Assembly (NCBI GenBank): GCA_951406725.2 | Contig: OX597826.1 | Coordinates: 70,928,001-70,992,000, forward strand | Source of the DNA: Octopus vulgaris | Taxonomy: Eukaryota | Direction of reading: 5' to 3' | DNA length: 64,000 nt | Shown: piece by piece, positions 57,695-64,000 of the stretch | How the letters are laid out: the number at the start of each line of letters is the position of its first letter | How positions within the stretch are numbered: position 1 is the stretch's first letter | The notes under the pieces: generated by a model | What the model saw: the letters and a program-made list of their open reading frames with translations, nothing else | The model's database searches: none | What the model was told of the DNA's origin: nothing | Translations under genes and position numbers: made by a program

Positions 57695-58550
57695 TCCTAG
57701 AATAAGGGGGCCAATCCCTCTCGAAACTTATCCAATTACCTGAAACAAAACTACAGTGAACAATGTGGTCTGATATTTAAAAGTGTTGGATTTATCACTA
57801 TTGGAACGCTTTGGTCATATTTATACTTGATTATAGTCGACCAAGGGACGAACAATAATTACCGCAGCACATGGTCACAATACTTGGACAACACAGCTAT
57901 GAATTGTCTTGGCAACGTCTGGGATCTCAGAAGAAAACACATCTTGAGTTCATTACAATTAATCAATAGGGCACTTGGTGGAAGATCTTAGCATGTTCAA
58001 TGACTATGAGGAATGGTGGGAAATAAGCGTTTCGCCCCCTTGTATTTCATTAGAGAGTGAAGAACAAATATAGAAAATTATTGTTAATTTGGCTATAAAC
58101 CAGACATTTGTAGTACAAGCCAGATATGCCAGATATTTATGCTACCCGACTGTAATGAGCATCGTAGAGATACCGCCGAAAGCACTCTACTGGGATACTG
58201 GATTAGCGATCTCCTTATCTTTAATCTCATCAAGTGAGCATATAACTGTCAGAAAACATACTCTCTTAGTTATATCTAATCCTAAATAACAACGTGGGAC
58301 GATCGCTTCAGATGTGTGTAACGATTGCATTTATTTTTAAATTCAGAGCCAGTTTATCGGCCAACAAGTATCTGTCTATATTTATATAACTTTCTACGCT
58401 ATTCTCTGTTTTTTTATGGATTCCATTCCAGACAGGTTTAAAGACTAGATCATGTCCCTCGGGTAAAGACTATCTTGGTACCGTCCAAAGTTACCTATAA
58501 TCGAACGCTGTTAACTACGTTTCTCTTAAATGTGTTGTCTGGTTATGTAT

Positions 58551-58614
<64 letters not shown>

Positions 58615-58629
58615 GTGCGTGTGTGTGTA

Positions 58630-59770
58630 CAGGCTGTTCTGACTAAACTAGACAGATTGCATAAAAAGCAAAAACACAGTATCCCATCCTAAAATAAAAA
58701 TACTTTCAAAAATCAAAATCTATGAACAAGGTTATGGCTGAGAGATAACAGTTTACTCAAAGTAGCTGCCTCTGCTTGCACCGCGGCCTCAAGAGAGCCC
58801 AGGAACCTGGAGCATACGTTCCTCAGTGTCCCCGAGAAGATCTTCGAAACCCCCTTGATGTTGCAGACAGAGTGGTTAGTTTCGTTCTCAACTGCGTCCC
58901 AAACACAGTAATCCATGAGATTACAATCGAGGTAAATAGGGGATTGTGAAGGCGCATGGCTCAGTGGTTAGAGCGTCGAGCTTACGATGGTGAGGTTGTG
59001 AGCTCGAATCCCGGACCGGACTGTGTTTTGTGTTCTTGAGCAAAGCACTTTATTTCACGTTGCTCCAGTTCACTCAGCTGTAGAAATGAGTTGCGACGTC
59101 ACAGGTGCCAAGCTGTATCGACCTTTGTCTTTCCCTTGGATAACACTGGTGGCGTGGAGAGGGAAAGCCGGTATGCATGGGCGACTGCTGGACTTGTGCC
59201 TGGGAGGGTGACTTTCTATGTGCAATCCCATGGTCTGTATCGTGACCGAAGGGGGTTTCAGAATTACGAGATCAGAAATTGAGGCTACTGAAGTCGTAGA
59301 AATTCTCCGACAACCACTTCTGACTCGTTCCGAAGGTATAGCAAGCCACCGAATCCTACTGAATTAAGCCTGAAGTTCTGCTTAAAAATGTGGGAATGAA
59401 ATCCTGTTTTGCAGACGTAGTCAGTACCCCTGCTGTGACCCTTTCTGCTGACCACGGTCCATTTCACAGAATATTGAGCAGCAGTTACGATGACGGCATT
59501 TTGATACCCAGGACGAAACATCATGGTACAGGTAACTCTTTTCCGATTTTCAGATGATTTCCAGTCCTCCATCTCAGCTATTTCAAAGGATAAACCTACA
59601 ATCCAAGTATCGAGGTATAGGAAGAAAAAGTTAGCTTCAAGCAATCCGTTGAAAATATAAAGAAACAATTTTCGCAGATAATAGTGGTTTACTGAGACGA
59701 TAGGTTGTAGATTTTTCTGATCGAAATAAGATATATTGGAAAAAGATTTTTTTTTATATTTCATGGTAGG
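58630..59770 (-). mobile_element. Decayed DD37D/maT-like Tc1-mariner transposon
   Basis: DCNLMDYCVWDAVE (cf. SPDxNPLDYxVW) and C-terminal VCSRFLGSLEAAVQAEA. Left end TA|CAGGCTGTTC; right end unclear. Confidence 0.65.
58950..59258 (+). mobile_element. tRNA/CORE-type SINE (family D) nested in the maT-like element
   Basis: A box TGGCTCAGTGG, B box-like GCTCGAATCC and CORE-like GTGTTCTTGAGCAAAGCACTT. Degraded relatives near 62165-62290 and 48530-48670(-). Confidence 0.8.
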
Positions 59771-59799
59771 CAACCAGGGTTGCCGGGTATGTGAATAAG

Positions 59800-60035
59800 A
59801 ATATGAGTGTTAAGGAATGGAGAAGATAAGATCCGAGCAAAACCTCGGAAGTGGTAAATATCCGAGCGAAGTATACACCGCAGATTACTTTTCAAGCCAA
59901 GGATATTTTGATTAAATGAAGATATCTTTCATTTAATCAAGATACCCTTGGCCTGAAGAGTAGCCAGCGATGTACACCTCGCTCAGATATTTAACATTTC
60001 CGAGATTTTATCTACTCCATTCCTTAACTCATATA
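59800..60035. repeat. Fully palindromic MITE-like hairpin (~115-bp arms, almost no loop)
   Basis: ATATGAG..TTAAGGAATGGAG..TTGATTAAATGAAG / CTTTCATTTAATCAA..CTCCATTCCTTAACTCATAT. Confidence 0.88.
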
Positions 60036-60044
60036 TGTGTGCGT

Positions 60045-60128
<84 letters not shown>

Positions 60129-60130
<2 letters not shown>

Positions 60131-60320
60131 ATGCGCAATGGCACAGTGGTTAGGGCAGCGGACTCGCGGTCGTAGGATCACGGTTTCGATTCTCAGACCG
60201 GGCGTTGTGAGTGTTTATTGAGCGAAAACACTTAAAGCTCCACGAAGCTCCGGCAGGGGGGGGGGCGATCACTGCTGTACTTATTAACAACATCTGATAG
60301 CTTGGTCAGTTACGGTGACA
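60129..60320 (+). mobile_element. SINE B1 head joined to an alternative 3' tail
   Basis: Head matches 3130-3255(-). Tail CAACATCTGATAGCTTGGTCAGTTA matches 48982-49010. Confidence 0.75.
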
Positions 60321-60338
60321 TATATATATATATGCTTA

Positions 60339-60383
<45 letters not shown>

Positions 60384-60918
60384 GTGTGTGTGTATGCTTG
60401 TATGTATGCATGAATGCATATATATATACATTACATATATTTTAAATTTATATGTGTGCGTGTATGCGTGCTTATGGGTTGGTGCGTGTTGCTTATACGT
60501 TAGATGAACATGTCGAATGTGAGATATGGTGTTGTTTAATTAGATGCATACTCATTCATCATCTTTTTGCCTCCACTACTGACATTTCTTCGTATTTCTA
60601 AGGGGAACATATTTCTCGTTACTCCATATTGCCAGGAATGAGTTCCACATGACCTGTTAATAATAGCTAGTGTCTTTATCTATGGGAGGTTTATCTTTTA
60701 TTTATGAGACTCAAGGACAGAATACGCTATTTTACATCATCTTAGTTCTTCACGTGGATACAGGGACTTATAAGTCAAATAGTATACATAGTAGTATTCA
60801 ATGTTGATCTGGCGTCTGGCTAAGTCTCTGTCCACGGTTATTATCTATCAGAGATACATAATATTCATAAATGTGTGTATGTAAGTGTATATGCGTGTGC
60901 GCTTGTGTGTGTGCATGT

Positions 60919-61278
60919 ATGGACGGTGCTGAGTTGTCAAACATTTAAACCAAATTTTCTCAAAACAACTTGTCCGACCGTCCCATAGGCCTCCCCTTTG
61001 AGAAACACTGATTTAGCCTAAAATTGAGACACTGTGCATTTTTCTCGCATACACGTAGTATCGATCGCAACAGCTGATGTACTTGCGCGTACAAATGCAC
61101 GTTCCCACGGTTTTATCGATCGCATTTTCACCTGGAATCAGTTTTTGTAAGTTTTGCAAGACTTATACACGCCCTGATACCGTCGGTATCTACATATCAA
61201 ATTTGAGCACAATCAGATGGCGGATGCCCGAGATTCTAGAAGACACACAAACAGACAGAACGGATTTTATATAATAGA
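60919..61278 (-). mobile_element. Non-autonomous Helitron (same family as 1-311), broken at the 3' hairpin
   Basis: 5' A|TCTATTATATAAAATCCG; sequence shared with 1-290. Confidence 0.72.
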
Positions 61279-61639
61279 TATATATACAGACTTTTGTATA
61301 AGGATTACCCCTTAACACGTGTATTTGAAAAGCTGTAAACAGCGAAAAGGCGAATGTGCTTAACACAAATCGAAAACTTCCTTCCGAAAGATTGGTGTCA
61401 TTCTCAGTTTTATACATTTTTGATTTAAGAAAACCATTCTGCATACACACATATATGTGTGTCCATGCGTGCGCGCTGTGTATGTATGTACGTTTGTATG
61501 TATATATTATGTAAGTATGTATGTACTACTAATGCATAGCAACGAAATACTAACGTAGGTTTACTATGCTATTACTCTCTTCATCAACCAACTGACCAAA
61601 CCCACAAATACCAATCAGTTGGGTATTGTCCAAACTCAC

Positions 61640-61721
61640 TAGAACACAAATATATAATGGAGGAATCGTAATAGTTATTCCACTCTCTAGTGAATTCACC
61701 AAGAATACAGCACAACTATTT
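61640..61721 (-). other. Candidate minus-strand exon (open in one frame: NSCAVFLVNSLESGITITIPPLYICVL)
   Basis: Acceptor TAATTCTCTCCTTCAG|AAA and donor CTA|GTGAGT; 82 nt. Confidence 0.33.
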
Positions 61722-61845
61722 CTGAAGGAGAGAATTATCATTAATTAAATTGATATTCTCTTTGCTTTGATTTATTGCTTATGTCTCTATCATTTTATTT
61801 CCTTCAATTTCTAACAGAATCTCAACTACAATTATACATACATAC

Positions 61846-62013
61846 AGGCGCAGCTGTGACTGTGTGGTAGGAAGCGCGCTTTCCAACCACATTGTTCCGG
61901 GTTCAGTCCCACTGTTTGGCGCCTTGGGTGAGTGTCTTCTGCTATAGCCTCGGCCGACCAAAGCCTTGTGAGTGAATTTGGTAGACGGAAACTGAAAGAA
62001 GCCCGTCGAATGC

Positions 62014-62047
<34 letters not shown>

Positions 62048-62140
62048 GCGTGTGTGTATGTGTGTGTGTGTGTGTGTGTTTGGGTATATATGTGTGTGTG
62101 TGAGTGTGTGTGTTTGCGTGTGTGTGTATATATATATGGA
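61846..62140 (+). mobile_element. Family C SINE, 5' part plus microsatellite
   Basis: Similarity to 56085-56250. Confidence 0.85.
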
Positions 62141-62556
62141 TATATACATAATCCTGTGCAAGGGTCTAGCAGTAAAGTAAGGGCGTTCGGTCCATGGTTG
62201 TAGGTTTCTGGGTCTGATTTCCGGATCGACCGGCGCATTGTGTCATTGAGCAAAGAATTTCATTTCATGCGCTTCAAATGAATGAAACCCGTCAAACTCG
62301 AAAGACGGAGCAGCTAGGAAAGGGGAAAACTCTGATGTCTAATTCGTACTGTTTTGCTTCCATATTTAATCATAATCGAAGCTTCCGGAATAAGCCGCGA
62401 GAATAAAGACGAAGCTGCATGTATAGATCGTTATTTTCACAATCTCCTCGTGGAAGCACCTGAGACGAGTCTGCTACTGAACGAAAACAAGTTTGCTGCA
62501 GAGATGCTGCGGAAGACGTGCTCTTTCAGCACGTCCTCCATCATTGTCCAGGTTTA

Positions 62557-62865
62557 GGGGGAGGCACATGGCCTAGTGGTTAGAGCAGTGGACTCGCAGT
62601 CGAGGGATCGCGGGTTCGAATCTCAGACCGGGCGATGTGTGTGTTTATGAGTGAAACACCTAAGCTCCACGCAGCTACGACAGAAGGTAATGGCGAAACT
62701 TCTGCTGACTCTTTCGGCACAACTTTCTCTCACTCTTTCCTCCTGCATCTTGCAGCTCACTTTCGACGGACCGGCGTCCCGTCCAGATGGGGAACCTATA
62801 CGCCACGGAAACCAGGAAACCGGCCCTTATGAGCCAGGCATGGCTCGAGAAGGAACAAACTATAT
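62557..62865 (+). mobile_element. SINE B2, full length
   Basis: A box TGGCCTAGTGG and B box GGTTCGAATC. 14-bp TSD ATTGTCCAGGYTTA at 62543-62556 and 62866-62879. Confidence 0.92.
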
Positions 62866-63300
62866 ATTGTCCAGGCTTACACCATACTACCCACTTATAC
62901 ATCTACACTAACGAATCTCAAGTGTCCTTTCCGATATCGCCTGTGATGTCGACACGACACCGGGCGCAACATTTCGTAGTTATACATTATCGCATTATTG
63001 ATGCATGGCATAACTATAAGAATCACTTCCGGAGGTGATAGAGCTTTTCGCATCCCGCTAGAAAGCTGTCGGCTAGTAAAGTACTGCCCCTTTACGACCC
63101 ACAATCCTCTGTCGGTATATGGGGATCAGAAAATATGCGAACAGACATTGTCTGACATCTGACTGTATCTGAAAATCTTAAACTCGGTAGTTAAATTCGT
63201 TTCATTCAACTCAATACAAAACTCGTCTAAGAAAGCTTTGTCTGATTTAATATTCAAATTTTAAAAATACATTTAAATGTGGGTATGTATTTATTACATA

Positions 63301-63331
<31 letters not shown>

Positions 63332-63367
63332 TTACGTACATCTGTATGTATATATGTATATATACAC

Positions 63368-63445
<78 letters not shown>

Positions 63446-63476
63446 GAAAGTTGGTTTGTGAAAGCACGTGGGTGAA

Positions 63477-63974
63477 TATATAGAAAATAGTAAAGAGTGA
63501 AAGAACTACAGATGGCTTAAATGTTAAAAAATATATATATTTGCGTCAATATGATTGATTGATTGATTCTAGTTTCAGCTTATGAGCTGTGGCCAAATTT
63601 TTTTTTCTCTTATAATGACATAATTTAAAAGAAAGACCGGTTTCGCATGTAGCTTTTCAAATTTCTTGCGACGTTATGTTTATGTTGAATAGAGTTATCG
63701 TTATGTTTATGTTCAGGAGAGTTCTAAATAAGAGAGTTCTAAATAGAGTTCTGAACATAAACATAACGATAACTCTATTCAACATAAACATAACGTCGCA
63801 AGAAATTTGAAAAGCTACACGCGAAACCGGTCTTTTTTTTAAATTATGTCATTATAAGAGAAAAAATTTTTTTTTTAATTTTTTAATATTCTTCAGACAT
63901 ATTGACGCAAATATATATATTTTTTAACATTTATGCCTTCTGTAGTTTTTTCACTCTTTACTATTTTCTATATA
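63477..63974. repeat. ~500-bp fold-back element; left arm interrupted by a retroelement 3' tail
   Basis: Inner arms 63595-63716 / 63751-63870 are near-perfect; outer arms 63477-63553 / 63898-63974. 63555-63594 matches the tail fragment at 50752-50785. Confidence 0.92.
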
Positions 63975-64000
63975 AATATATATATATATATATATATTTA

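Noticed and set aside
58950-59025. tRNA genes (also 60129, 62557, 41050-41123)
   Set aside because: A/B boxes are present but the acceptor stems do not pair, and the heads continue into SINE bodies, some with TSDs.

Overview
AT-rich animal genomic DNA saturated with (TA)n, (CA)n, (AAT)n, (GAT)n and (TAG)n microsatellites and several tRNA-derived SINE families. This repeat landscape is typical of a coleoid cephalopod, most likely Octopus (inference from repeat content only). Most six-frame ORFs are microsatellite artefacts. One convincing host coding exon is present: a + strand terminal exon at 6951-7970 encoding a Ser/His/Pro-rich tail of an unidentified protein. A speculative chain of minus-strand exons runs 61721 > 52358 > 51847 > 43743 > 26112. 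The rest is a nested transposon graveyard: DD34D mariner, Tc1, DD37D/maT-like, Buster-type hAT with TSD, a mini-Helitron with an open PIF1 C-terminal ORF plus three non-autonomous Helitrons, Penelope, RTE and R4/Dong-like LINE fragments, and five fold-back/MITE hairpins. Most notable observations: (1) a 64-bp copy of the host exon pasted into the mariner 4.9 kb upstream; (2) a covarying H-type pseudoknot conserved across two SINE subfamilies; (3) a phase-compatible minus-strand exon chain broken by a single TAA; (4) a variant minimal hammerhead ribozyme; (5) a headless two-tailed SINE; (6) strong strand bias of the dominant SINE. Coordinates were read by eye, and element ends without TSDs are approximate.
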